Assembly (NCBI GenBank): GCA_030265395.1
Contig: JARFYF010000007.1
Coordinates: forward strand, 82,836,874-82,900,873
DNA from: Rhina ancylostomus
Taxonomy: Eukaryota
Length of the DNA stretch: 64,000 nt
Direction: 5' to 3'
Numbering within the stretch: position 1 is the first letter of the stretch; every line of letters starts with the position of its first letter. The notes beneath the pieces were generated by a model that saw only the letters and a program-made list of their open reading frames with translations, ran no database searches and was not told the origin of the DNA. Shown piece by piece: positions 39,201 through 52,102 of this stretch. The position numbers and the translations under genes are program-made.

Positions 39201-40023
39201 ATACGTCAATAAACATTCTCCAAGGGATAATATCTGTCTGCAACAATAAATTCTGACCAGGTTGCTTTATTTCGCCAGCAAGTAAAACGTTATACTAGAG
39301 ATCCCAGTAAACTTTGTTCAGGTTAGATAGAAGAGTACCCTCGGGGATCAGGGCGCAGAGGTTATTGGTGCGGCTTATTTATTGACGATGGCTCGCAAAA
39401 TTCTTCATCATGGTACTTACTGAGCCGAATAATGGCATGTAGTCTGCAACCAGGATGATAATAGTTTCTTTCAACGACTTTTAAGTAACATATCTACAAC
39501 AATATGTACAACTCATTCAATGCTGTTTACAATCTTCTCTGAAACTCATGTCATCGTGATTTAAAATTCGCCTCTTTCCAAATCATCCTGAACGGTCTTA
39601 ATTTTTAGGATGCATTGAAACGTCTGACTTTAGTTTGGTGATTTGGTGTTCGGAGAGCAGTCTCGAGAGCAGGTCGAGTACCCGCGCTCGTTTCGCCTCA
39701 AATTAAAGTTGTGACATTTTCGCTCCAAATTGCCGGTCACCAAACAAAGAGTGCCGCAGTGGTGAACCCGTTCCAGAGAGTCGCCTGCCTGTTTAAACGC
39801 GCAAGCCCCGAGAACCTTTCCACAGAAGCCGAGGGATGCTTTAATTCCACATCCTCGACTTTTGAGAAATGTTCATATCGTTCAGCAGGGCGCCCGTGAG
39901 ATAGAAACGGAAACCGGTTAGAGAGAAAATATTGTCCAATATTCTGTTTTGTAACCGTGACGATACTTTGCTGGAGGTGGCGGGGTGGACTTGTTGAAGA
40001 ACAAAGTGGCGAGTGATACCAAC

Positions 40024-41011
40024 CTGTATGCGTCCTTTTATGAATCTTCAAGTTTTCCGAGCGAGCGAACACCTTCCCACAACCGGGGAACGGGCAAGGA
40101 AAAGGTTTCTCTCCCGTGTGAACTCGGATATGGTTTACCAATTTGTATTTCGCCTTGAACGGTTTGCCTTCTCTGGGGCATTCCTCCCAGTGACAAATGT
40201 GAACGCTCTGCTCGGGCCCGCCGACGTGATCCACCGTGACATGATTTACCAATTCGTGCATCGTGCTGAAAGTTTTAGAACAAGGTTTCTTTGAAGTGTC
40301 GTCTTGGTCAATCCATTTGCAGATGAGCTCCTGCTTGATGGGTTGCCTCATGTACCTAAAGAACGCCCCGGCTCCGTGATGAGCCGCTGCCAGGTTAACG
40401 TTTAAGTTCATGGCGGTATCGCTGTGCAGGGACGTACCNNNNNNNNNNNNNNNNNNNNNNNNNNNNNNNNNNNNNNNNNNNNNNNNNNNCCCATTTAACG
40501 TTGGGTGGTTTCCTGCTGCAGACTGCTCGTGGAGACCCGAGAAGACTTCCGAGTGCCCGTAGCTACCCGCTGTGGAGAGGAACATGCCGTGGTGGTGGTG
40601 GTGATGGTGAGGGGCAGGTGACGAGTGCTGTTCGCCCAGTCCATGCATGGCAGATGCTGAGAGTTCTCTCCTGAGAATGTAGTCCCTGCCGCTCGCGTAG
40701 GCTGAGTGAGGGTGACCCGCTGGGTAACTGGCCGAGTTCTGTGCGGAGCCGAAAATCGCCGCGGTCTGGACTTCGGGGTGCGCGGCCATGTGCTGAGATG
40801 GACTGAGTTTCAGGGCACTGGCCTGAGCCATGTGCTCGGGCCCAAAAGGAGTGAGAGGCGCGCTGGGATCGCTGCTGATCTCCCCAGGGTGTGTGTGTGT
40901 CTGGCTGCCCAGTCCCGGAAAGCCTGACATGTTCTGGTGAGCTTGCTGTTGATTCCCTGCCAAGTCCGATAATCTCAGGCCCGGATACCGCTTGCTTAGC
41001 GCGGCTTCCAT
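40024..41011 (-). CDS. ZIC5: Zic5 coding exon 1 (N-terminus, ZF-NC region, zinc fingers 1-3); contains a 51-N gap at 40439-40489
   Basis: ATG at 41011-41009 gives [18 protein letters not shown], a Zic5-type start (cf. MEPPLSKR..LRLADLA). Then [44 protein letters not shown]. Phase-1 donor CATACAG|GTTGGT at 40024/40023, the intron position conserved in all Zic genes. Confidence 0.95.
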
Positions 41012-41547
41012 AGCTCACACGAGTCAGTCCATCCACGCTTGTTGATGGGACAGTTTTTTTCCCTCGCTCTCTCTCTCTTGCCCNNNNNNNNNNNNNNNNN
41101 NNNNNNNNNNNNNNNNNNNNNNNNNNNNNNNNNNNNNNNNNNNNNNNNNNNNNNNNNNNNNNNNNNNNNNNNNNNNNNNNNNNNNNNNNNNNNNNNNNNN
41201 NNNNNNNNNNNNNNNNNNNNNNNNNNNNNNNNNNNNNNNNNNNNNNNNNNNNNNNNNNNNNNNNNNNNNNNNNNNNNNNNNNNNNNNNNNNNNNNNNNNN
41301 NNNNNNNNNNNNNNNNNNNNNNNNNNNNNNNNNNNNNNNNNNNNNNNNNNNNNNNNNNNNNNNNNNNNNNNNNNNNNNNNNNNNNNNNNNNNNNNNNNNN
41401 NNNNNNNNNNNNNNNNNNNNNNNNNNNNNNNNNNNNNNNNNNNNNNNNNNNNNNNNNNNNNNNNNNNNNNNNNNNNNNNNNNNNNNNNNNNNNNNNNNNN
41501 NNNNNNNNNNNNNNNNNNNNNNNNNNNNNNNNNNNNNNNNNNNNNNT

Positions 41548-41720
41548 TCTCTCCCCACTCCCTCCCTCCCTCCCCCCCCCCCACCCCCCTTCATCCAAAG
41601 TCATATGGCACGGAAATAACTGGCCATTAAAGATTGCAATTAGCTCGCCCCCTCCCTTCTCGGAGGGTTTATGTAAAATACGGGTTGTGGTCATGTAAAT
41701 TCGCTTCTTAGTCATGAGTA
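41548..41720 (-). promoter_or_regulatory. Putative Zic5 proximal promoter (TSS region probably inside the 41084-41547 gap)
   Basis: C-rich tract, GC-box-like CGCCCCCTCCC, CGGAAA (ETS-like), CCATTAAAG and two ATGTAAA motifs immediately upstream of the gap flanking Zic5 exon 1. Confidence 0.4.
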
Positions 41721-44700
41721 CTGGCGACACACCACATGTACCAGCAGTGGTTTGCTTGGAACATTTTAAAATAATTGATTCCAAAACTGGTCATACAATT
41801 CTCACGTAAATACAAACGACTCACGATAAATATTAATATGTTACTGTATTGATTTTAAATCAAAACGTACAATGATCACAATTACTCTACATTGATGTAA
41901 ATATATCTGGAACTCATTGCTACTGCTTTTCTTTGTACATATGACCATAAATTGCTAATAACCAGTTTGGAGATCTTTATACCAGCGGTATTCAACATGT
42001 ACGATTTTACAAGCAAAAGGAGGGATTTGAGAACATTTGTACTAAGTAACATTAACGTAGAAAATTCAGTGCAACGTATATCAAGTTTGATATTCCCTTT
42101 TATAATTAGAGCTTTAAATAAATGTTCATCTACCGGTGTTAAAACCGAGGAGTAGAAATGTATTCAGGAAATGTAAAGTTTGTATGGAAGTTATAAATGA
42201 GGAATGAGCGGAATGGTTTGAAGGATGAAGGACAGAGCGATTTATGAGATTATAACACCAAGTATCTCATGGAATGTATAACGATGGTTTTATTATTGGG
42301 GCATTGTGTACAAACGTTAAGGTTTCAACCTCGCTAAAACCCAACCAAGAGAACATTCTCACTTGGATCATAAAATGTTGTGCCTAATGTTCCCCTTGGC
42401 ATCAGTACCTCCATTATCTTTCCACCATGGGGATCCAAGTCTTCAGTTTGGTGTCATTTCTTCTGATTTACATATTTTATTTAGTTTTGGTAATCGATAA
42501 TTTTTACGGCTATTGTCTCTTTTGACAAAGCGACCAGTGATATGGGTTGTGAATAATTAATAATATAACTTATCAATGAAAAATAAAAGCGTTAGATTAC
42601 TTAATGTTATTAAGATTTTATGTGTTTTTCCCAAATGCAATAACGTAACGTGAATTTTCATGTAATAATGATTAAATTGTTCTGCAAATCTTAGGAATTG
42701 TAACACAACTTTCAATACTAAGATAATGTTCATTAAACAGAAGGTGAAATTGTTGAAAATATGTTAAAATTGCGATGTTTCCATTTAGAAAAAAGAGGAA
42801 TAATTATTATATATTTAGCTATTTTTGATTTTCAATGTCAAGTGTTTAATTTGAACTTTCTACTGTGGATTTGGTAACTGAGAGTAAATATTATAGCACA
42901 ACATAAACACACAATAAATAGAAATATATACAAATATACTGTTTTCTTATTTAATATATGTTCCTACCTGTAACACGTAATGCAACTTAATCTACCTAAA
43001 TAATTCCAAGTTAAAACTGCGAAGAAGTAAGTTAACTAGAATTTGAGTAAATCGAACATTGTCTATGTAGTGATATGCGACAAAGCAAGATCATTGGTTA
43101 AGTTTGAGGATGTGCTTTATCACTGTTTGATATTTAGGTACCATACATAAATTATATACGCATAGTACTCCGAAAACTTTCGGATTACTTTTATGAAATT
43201 GAATTGGAATTGAGAGAGAAATGAAACACGATACTTGAAAGGATTGATGTGACCGGATTTATTTTCCGACAGTATTGACTTATATATAACAATCCTGTTT
43301 CTCAGTATGGTTTCATTATTTTCAAAGCTTTTTGACTGGTTGTTTCATTAACTTAACCGATTTAACTTTACAGTCCAATACTGGCATCTACCGAAGCAAT
43401 GGTTCCCGATAACTCATCGACTATTCTTTTTAATATTATGAAATTACACGTTTAACAATCTTCGCATTGTTACCTGTTTGATTCATAAGACACATTTTAA
43501 GCTCCTGTGTTTGTTGTACATAGGTTCATGTGCATCGATTTCACAGCATTTTGTGCTAATTTATTTTTAACCACTGTTTTGCTAATTGTGCTATCTTCAT
43601 AACTTCCAATTTTAATGCCCCAATCCGTGCCAAGCGACGCGGATGTCCTTCAAAAATCCTTTGCGATCATCAGGTTTTTGTTTTCTCCAACCCTCCAGCA
43701 GGACATGTGACGAAAATGCACAAGGTGTCCAAATTGACTTTTCGGATAAGAACAAATAAATTGCATAGTTCAGAAGTTTTGCTAAGTATTGCAACAAAAC
43801 AGTTGGCCAAATGACAAAGGATCTGCGAATGGGTTCTTTAAAATATTGTTAGGCTTTCTACTTTACCCAGCTGACCAGAAGCAACGGACAGACCTTTAGT
43901 TTATAAAGAATGCACACCAATAGCCAGCGCACAATTCATTTTATGGGTTTGTAACTTAAAATGTGATACCTGAACATGTAATCCAACATTAAAATCTTAT
44001 GCCTCGTTACACCATCTAACATAAAATATGATAGCTGATCATTCTGTTTTCGTCAGCTATCTGAATTAAGTTTGCTTTATTTACGAAAATGATTACGTGA
44101 ATCTATGCTGACATTTGAGATTGACCCTTAAACTATAAAAATAAACCCTGTTATCCTGTGAGATTCAGAATGTCGGAAGAAATACCAGAAGATTGTGTGC
44201 TATGAACGTGTGAGATTACCTTCACACTGCGACATGAAATCCAGAGACAACGGGGAAATATAATTTACTTAGTTTCCTTTCAGGTGAGTACTTTTCAACG
44301 CACCACAAACGTTTCATAGGAGGATCCCGCTACAAGTGCTTGTTACCTGCAATGTCACTCTCCAGTATTTTCCCCATTTAAAAAATGCTTGCCTTGATTA
44401 TTGATTACATAAACACGCGAGGGTTTAGGATTTAGGTTGTTCGAGGTGAGGTGATTGTACAGCAAGGGATTTGATGGTCCGCGCTCTGCTTTGCAACGGT
44501 CCTTGTTCAACCCAAAATGATATCTGTCATCGATTAATATGTCTTAATGTCGACTTTCTTCTGTGATCGATTTTATTTCCACTTGTTTGTTCTAGAAATT
44601 GCTACAATATGTCACAAGAGAAATAAAATCCCGACTTTTCATAAATTTCTAATGTCCAAAATTCTGGTATTGCTTTTAACAGAATACAAACAAAGCAACA

Positions 44701-46082
44701 AATAATCACTTTAATTGACTCCGAAGGAAGTTGGTGCATACTTGCGAATTAGGAGTTCGTCCACAGTGCGATTATGGTCAAAAACCTTTCAGAAGTAACA
44801 AATATCTGGCACTAATTTTCTCCTTCTGGGCTCTTTTAGCCCAGCGTTGCGCCTCTCCCTCCGTTCTAAAGGATAAAGCTAAATACTCATTAAACACTGT
44901 GCTTGTGTTATAATTGCAATGAATTGGTTTCCTGTTTCTGTTTTGTCAGCCTTGGTTATTTTTAAGGAAATTGTTTCCGATTTCCCGGTGTTTTATTATC
45001 TCTTATTACTCTTTCAAAGCATAATTATGCTTCCAGTTCAAAAATTCTAATTTTAGCTGTAGATTACATTTGATGGGACGCCGGTAACTACTTAAAGTGT
45101 TTTGAATTATCAAGTAAGGTAGTGCGCCGGTGAAAATGAAACTAAGTAATGCTAATTTTAGGACTATAGATAACACAGTGAACTGATCTGGTGGGATCAT
45201 AAGGTGATTATTAATGCGGCCTGAGTAACGCAAACGATTCGAAACATGGGGTGCAGATGAAGGAAGCCGGAATCAGCATTAAAATATCTAAACAATCCGG
45301 AAGAGGTTTCGCGTTAGAGCGTCAAGTAACCAAGTATGGGGGGGACATCAAATGTTGGGGAAAGAAGGGGGTTGGGGGTCAAAATTAAGGCAACTTTTGG
45401 AAACGAAGTGTTAGATGGCAGAGCACTCCGAATGAAATGCAAGGTATTCGATCGACGTGTAAAGGAGATTTCGGATTCCACGGGAAACACAGATATCCTA
45501 CTCAGGAAAACATAAGGTAGGTTGATGGGTCGCAGTTTGAGGGGAGAACGGTAACACTGCGCTTCACCATTAGTGCAAGGACAAACGCAGGTGGGTGAAA
45601 CCCGATCGAGTGCAACCTTCTGAAAGCATTGTAGGGTGTGTTTAGTATTTGTTCTTCATCCCTTTCTAGTACTTACTGGTGGTAAACCACAACAACTTGC
45701 CTACAAAGCCATGTTGTCTGTCAATTGCCACATCATACAAGCCATGTCCTTATAGCAATCCGCCGCTCCATTACCTCATGCCTTGTAAGGCTGGATTCAC
45801 ATAAAATCCCCATACGCTTGATTGCACGCCCTTAATTATTGAACAGATACATGTTTCTTTTCAATGGATGGGGTAATTAATAGACTATCAGTAAACTGAA
45901 TTCAACACTTCCTGGCGGTTTAACACTTTGTTTATAATGTGTTTCTATTTATTCAGGCCAATATGAAAGAGCGCGAAAAGAGGTATTGTGTTTGTGTTCC
46001 TTTGGATAGTCACACGCCCAAACAGATCAGGTTATGCAGATGTGAATATGGGACTTTCACAATTTCCATCAGCGCTTGCACG

Positions 46083-46084
<2 letters not shown>

Positions 46085-46128
<44 letters not shown>
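46085..46128 (+). repeat. (GT)n microsatellite in the Zic5-Zic2 intergenic region
   Basis: Visible directly. Confidence 0.95.
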
Positions 46129-46132
<4 letters not shown>

Positions 46133-49100
46133 AATTTTATGTAATTGTGTTATTCGCAAAATTGTCATATCACCCTGATGCAAACNNNNNNNNNNNNNNN
46201 NNNNNNNNNNNNAGAGGCAGATTGTATTTTGCTTAGATGTTGGTAGTCCTTTGGGGCCTTTTTTAAAGCGGAATATTTGGTGAATATGTTAGCAGAGATG
46301 TCGGGATAGATGTTGCAAATGGAAGACGCAATACTTTAAATATTATAATGTTTTAAACACATGGTATTAAATATGTAGCCGATCTTGCGTGAATTAATGT
46401 CACGTTTTCCTTCAACTTTTATATTTTCGCCCAGGCAATTTTATGTTTAGAAGATTTTAGCAAAGGCTTTAGCGAAAGAGATTCCTTTACGATTTATAGA
46501 TCATTCAAAAAGATTAACAAAGTGGAACATTGTGTATTTCGTATAATTTCATTTGTTTTGATTTAAATGCTGTATTGCAGTTATTTCATTATTAATTCTT
46601 CATTTATTATATAAAAAATCGATAATTTGCCCTCATTATCAGCATATTCGCTAAGGTCAATGTACAGATGATTAAATGTGTTTTACAAACCCACTATTTT
46701 ATTGGTTGATTTCTGCTATTTGTCGGCCCACGATATATTTTCCATCTCTTGCTCGCCCGGCGCGTTTCTTCCTCTTTTCCCTTTCTCCTCCTTTCGTGAA
46801 TAACGATCAATTGATGACAGAACTTGAGAGTTGTTGTTCCAAATAAAAAAAATAGGACCCACGTTTGCCACATGCCGCCTTTTACCTTTACACGGTAGTC
46901 TCTCGTCGCTTGCGATTGTAATTGAGATACTGATAACAAGAAGGTGCAGAACACCCACAGACTGTCACCGAAATAAATTACACCACTAATGTGTTTTAAA
47001 ACAGGACAGACTTTACAGGGGTTAACTGCAGATATAATTTATGGAATAACAATCATAGGTCGCCATCTAGTAAACTGATAACACATGTCACTTCGGTTTG
47101 TCTTTTCTTTAATATGCTATCGTAAAATGTTTTTGGAAGCTTCACCAAAGGTTCGGGAAACGTTAGTACTCGAATGCAACGCTGTAATGTACATATGTAT
47201 TTCCAAGGATGTGTGCGGCTTGACAGCAAGCAACAGGCCTGAACTGTTCACTTTGTATGGCNNNNNNNNNNCAGTCATTAGCTGGACATTTGAGTCAGTG
47301 AGTTGCAGCTTCCAATCACTAATGTTAACATATGGAACTGTGTTGCACAAACTAGTGAGCGGATTCATTCAGCTGTGTTCCCAGAACGTTCCCACGACTA
47401 ACAGAGCCATACGTACTGTAATTCTACCCTCTTTGATGTATGGATCAAATTAACAACACTGCATTTGTTCAGAGTTGTCTGCGCTGTTCCATATCAGCAG
47501 GCAAAACATACACACTTCCTCCTGCCGTATGACAAGCAAATTCGCACAATAATATATATACATTGTGTGATTTGTATCTCACGAGACGTACATTGCCAGA
47601 ACACAAAATAGATTTATATTAAGAAATATTCAACCCAGAACTTAAATCAAGTGTCACTAAAGGATTGTGTAAGTATTCAGCCAAATACAATTTTCCATAA
47701 AATGCGTCGAATAAGCGCGTTGTTACTATTTTGCTTTAAAGAAAGGAATGTATGAAACGCTATACTTCAGGTCACAGTGAAAGTAAGCATGAGCGACTGC
47801 AGTGTGAAAAGTAGTAGTCCTTTGATTAGCTCAATTGGATTCAAGATCTTGATTGACACAGATAACAACTCAAGTGAAGTTTCCTGATATAAAATACGAT
47901 TTCAGGAGTTTCCAACGTTCTTTAAATCCAATGTAGCTGAATTCATTTGACGAAATACAATTATATAAAAAGGGTAATTGTCTCATTCAAGTTAAATAGC
48001 GCCGAACACTCTATATATTGATGTCGGAGCCAAAGCGAATACCTGTATACAAAACTCGGATTAGTAATTCCATAATGTTTAGTCATCTAAGAATGTGCAG
48101 GGTTCCTGTGAAATCTCCACAAACATATTGTCTTCACGCGCTTTATAAAGGTTAGCGAATCATGATTAAAAAATAAAAAAAGATATGAATCCCTCGTTAG
48201 ATTAAGCGATAAATTCTCTAACTTGTTTTCCGCACATAAAATAAAGGTTAAAAAGTATGACATTGGTTATTCATTGCAACCAGTAACCTGGGATTTTGAA
48301 TTGTTTAGTCAAAGGAATGAATAAAAGGAAAGGTGACTTTTACTCCCCACCCCCACTCCGAACCCACTAGTTTTACCTAGCCTATCACTTCAATGCTGTC
48401 CAAGAACTATATTTTGAGAAGGGTTATTTTTCAAAACGTATCAAGACTGCAAACAAAACGGCCGTACGGAATCCTCTAAGCATGCATTCAGCACGGGGAC
48501 ATTGTCGAGCGGTTGGTCCCTGTAAAGTTCTCTGTAGATCCCACTCCCCACCCCAGATCCCAGACACCTTCCCAAAAAAAATCCATCATATATATTTGTC
48601 ATGAATAAAGCGTTGAGTTCTCCGACGCACTTTGACTAACTTTATTCAAAAATAGCTTGAAATATGTGACAAGGTTGATAAGGTTGAAAGAGGATATTGT
48701 ATGGGCTTCACTGTTGGCAGTTATTAAAACAAGCCTGCACGCTAACAAAAGAAGTGCTGTCGCTATAAAGACAAGAGCAGATTCTGGATTTGGCTAAGTG
48801 GATAAAGACATTCTCCGTAGCCTTAGAGCACCATCTCCCTTATAGTAAGTTCATTGCTTACCTATTGAAACCTGTTGAAGTACCATTAAATTGATAGATC
48901 AGCAGCCGCCGGCCCTTCTCTCTGTCCACCTTCAGCTTGTGTGTGCATTCTGCTACCATGGTACCGAAATGCAATTGAATTTCTGCATTTCACACTCTCT
49001 CTCTCTTTCTCTCTCTGTCTCTCTCTCTCGCAACCTCAGTTGACCAAGGATAGAGGTTTTTTTTGGGGGGGGGGTGCGGTTTGCAGAGAAATAATAAAGC

Positions 49101-50282
49101 TCTGTAGAGAAGTCGGCAAACGTGACTTTGAACTTGGATCAGCTCCTGCAGTCCCTGCAGAGTGCAGTCCTGGAGGANNNNNNNNNNNNNNNNNAGCACG
49201 AAGCTGCGCCGCTCTAGACAGGAATTAGAGAATTAAACCAACACCAAAACTTCTTTGTTAAAAAAACCCCAGTCCACTAACAAAAAAGCACTAAAGAAGC
49301 TCTGGTGCAAACAGCAAATCACCATCCAACTTCATGCATTATTTCTACATAAATTAAATTCATTGTTGTGATTTCAATTTTGTTCCAGAATTTTTCGGTG
49401 TGTCTACATTTTGTCCATCGCATTTTATCGTGTTGACACCTCGGGAGAATGGTCAGTCAAAAGAGTAACATGAGATTTTGTAATGAACTATGTGTGATTT
49501 GGGGGCACGGGAGCGAGGAGGAGCGGGCTGGGAGGGCATTGTTGGTGGGGGCTCTTTCCGTCGGACTTCCTTAGTTTTCGTTTTCCCATCCCGGACTTGC
49601 CCTTTACTGTAGGGGGGTTGTCCACTCCAATGGCCCGCTTTGCCAAACAGAAACCTTCGCGCTTTCCGCTCGTGGCAATAAGGAACTAAAGTGCCCGTGT
49701 ACCAACGGAGAATTGCATTTAAGCTCCCTCTTCATTTCTCAAACGCGCTCTCCAAAACTGGGGTGGGGGGGGAGTGGGGAANNNNNNNNNNNNNNNNNNN
49801 NNNNNNNNNNNNNNNNNNNNNNNNNNNNNNNNNNNNNNNNNNNNNNNNNNNNNNNNNNNNNNNNNNNNNNNNNNNNNNNNNCGGGGGGGGGGGGGGCCGG
49901 GGGGAAATCGAACTTAAGGAAAGAGGGGCGAATTTTACTGCAAAAAAATATGGTGTGCAATTTAGTAGGTGTCAAACCGGATTAAACCTTAGCCTCAGCT
50001 CACAAGCCGAGCCTTTCTCATAACTGGGGTCTGAGCAGAACCGGATCTGTCTGCCTCACTGATGTAATATCCCAATCCTTTCAATCGATAAGTTCCTGAA
50101 AAAAGTTGCCTGATTTATATGATGTTCCATACTTACATGCAAAAGGCACCAGTTGTGCGCTAGGGGGGTAGGGAACGAGTGTTATGCTGTGGACATTGGA
50201 TTCGCCCCCACGTCGTCTCCCCTCCACCCCAACCCCCATAATTTGCTTGCAAGTCATTACAACAGATTTCGATTAACTTTTA

Positions 50283-50560
50283 TTGCTACGCAGTGAAAAC
50301 GTGATGCTGCTCGATAACTGGCCGCCTTGGCGAGGGAAGAAGTGGCGCAGTACTGGCCGATCTCAGGGAAAAAAACAAATCAAAGTAGGCGTAATTAATG
50401 GNNNNNNNNNNNNNNNNNNNNNNNNNNNNNNNNNNNNNNNNNNNNNNNNNNNNNCCAATGAAAAGCCATTCTAGAGTGGCCGCTGTCCTGTTTAAAAGGG
50501 GTGTTGGGAGAAGCGCCGTCACTCCATCCAGCAGCCGAACTCTGCATCATATGACAGACG
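50283..50560 (+). promoter_or_regulatory. Putative Zic2 core promoter
   Basis: CpG-rich; ATCAAAG (TCF/LEF-like) and TAATTAAT just before the gap, CCAAT at 50455, TATA-like TTTAAAAG at 50491; about 0.6 kb upstream of the Zic2 ATG. Confidence 0.45.
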
Positions 50561-50999
50561 CGGAACCAACTTAAGGTCCCCCTCCCCCCCCAACCCCTCC
50601 CCACCCATTTATCCCTAGGATTCTCTTATCTGTACTCCTTATTTATCTGCCATTCTGATTACCGCTATCACTGGCAACACCGCATCTGCCGACAGAGAGA
50701 GAGAGACAGCAAGAGCTTTCAAAGGCGCTTTCTCCGTGGGAAATTTCTACCACAGAAGAAAACAAACTTCAATGTGATCGCAATAAAAAAAACTGTTTCA
50801 AGGACATCAAAAAAAGTTGCACGCGATTATTTGGCTCGATCGGTTATTTGCCACAGAAAGAGAGAGAGAGAAAGGAATTGGGAAGGGGCGAATCGTTGAG
50901 CTGGATTGGTGATTTCATGGACTGGTGCGTTCTGATTCCTTTAGAAAACCACCGTAAACAGTGACAACATCAAGGCGCCTCTGAAGTTCCTGCTGACCC

Positions 51000-51023
51000 G
51001 TGTGTGTGTGTGTGTGTGTGTGT
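51000..51023 (+). repeat. (GT)n microsatellite ~80 nt upstream of the Zic2 ATG
   Basis: Visible directly. Confidence 0.95.
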
Positions 51024-51099
51024 TGTTGGGGTGGGTTAGGGGGTAAAAAGATCTGTCTGTTTGTGCACCCCCACCCCCGGCTCCCCGGCTTTCAGGGGT

Positions 51100-52102
51100 A
51101 TGCTGCTGGATGCGGGTCCGCAGTTCCCGACCCTCGGGGTGGGTACCTTCGCCCGACACCATCACCACCACCACTCCACCGCCGATATCTCCGACCGGGA
51201 TCTGGCCATGTCTCAGAACACCTTCGTCGACTCGGCGCACATGGGCGCCTTCAAGCTGAACGCCGGAGTCCACCACGACCTCCCGTCCGCCGCCCAGAGC
51301 TCGGCTTTCAGCGCCCAAGCGGCGGCTGGCCCGGGATACGCGTCCGCCCTGGCCCCCCACGCCGCCCATGTCGGCTCCTACTCGGGCGCCGCTTTCAACT
51401 CCACGCGGGACTTTATCTTCCGCAGCCGCGGCTTCACCGATTCGAGCCCGGGCACCGGCCAGCACGGCATCTTCGGACCGAGCCCCAGCGGCTTGCATCA
51501 CCCGCATTCGGACACCTCGGCACACATTCTGTTCCCCGGCATCCACGAACAAGGAGCATCGCACCCATCGCCAAACGCGCACGTCCTCAACGGCCAGATG
51601 CGCTTGGGACTGGCCGGTGAAGTATTTGGGCGCTCGGACCAGTGTCCCAGGACTGACCCCTTCTCGGCCGCCCAGGTACATCACCACCATCACAACTATG
51701 GACAGATGAATATGAACATGGGCATGAATATGGCAACACATCACGGCGCAGGAGCCTTCTTCCGATACATGCGGCAACCCATCAAGCAGGAACTCATCTG
51801 TAAGTGGGTCGACCCGGAGCAACTGACCAACCCCAAAAAGACCTGCAACAAAACCTTCAGCACTATGCACGAGCTGGTCACCCACGTCTCGGTGGAGCAT
51901 GTCGGCGGTCCGGAGCAGACGAATCACGTCTGCTTCTGGGAGGATTGCGCCCGGGAAGGCAAGCCCTTCAAAGCAAAATACAAATTGGTGAACCACATCA
52001 GGGTGCACACGGGCGAGAAGCCGTTCCCCTGCCCGTTTCCTGGCTGCGGCAAAGTTTTTGCCCGGTCAGAGAACTTAAAGATCCACAAACGCACCCACAC
52101 AG
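51100..52102 (+). CDS. ZIC2: Zic2 coding exon 1 (ZOC box, ZF-NC, zinc fingers 1-3)
   Basis: ATG at 51100 gives [87 protein letters not shown]. Donor CACACAG|GTAAGC at 52102/52103; 1003 nt, phase 1. Confidence 0.95.

Noticed and set aside
39737-40023. ORF-track extension of Zic5 exon 1 (WYHSPLCSS...), and likewise Zic2 52103-52314
   Set aside because: Read-through into intron 1 past the conserved HTG|EKP phase-1 donor.
40405-40440. Zic5 LHSDTAM where a Tyr (LHxY) would be expected, and a gap shorter than the expected peptide
   Set aside because: Lies at a contig edge next to an estimated-length gap; base quality and gap size are unreliable.
40563-41784. Long ORFs spanning N runs (also at 1339-1816, 12158-12909, 49691-50023 and elsewhere)
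   Set aside because: Artefacts of translating N as X.
51061-51099. N-terminal extension of Zic2 in the ORF track
   Set aside because: Starts at TTG; the conserved start is MLLDAGPQF at 51100.
50941-52008. 355-aa minus-strand ORF (also + ORFs 51000-51620 and 51368-51709)
   Set aside because: Antisense or alternate-frame shadows of the GC3-rich Zic2 exon 1; no independent signal.
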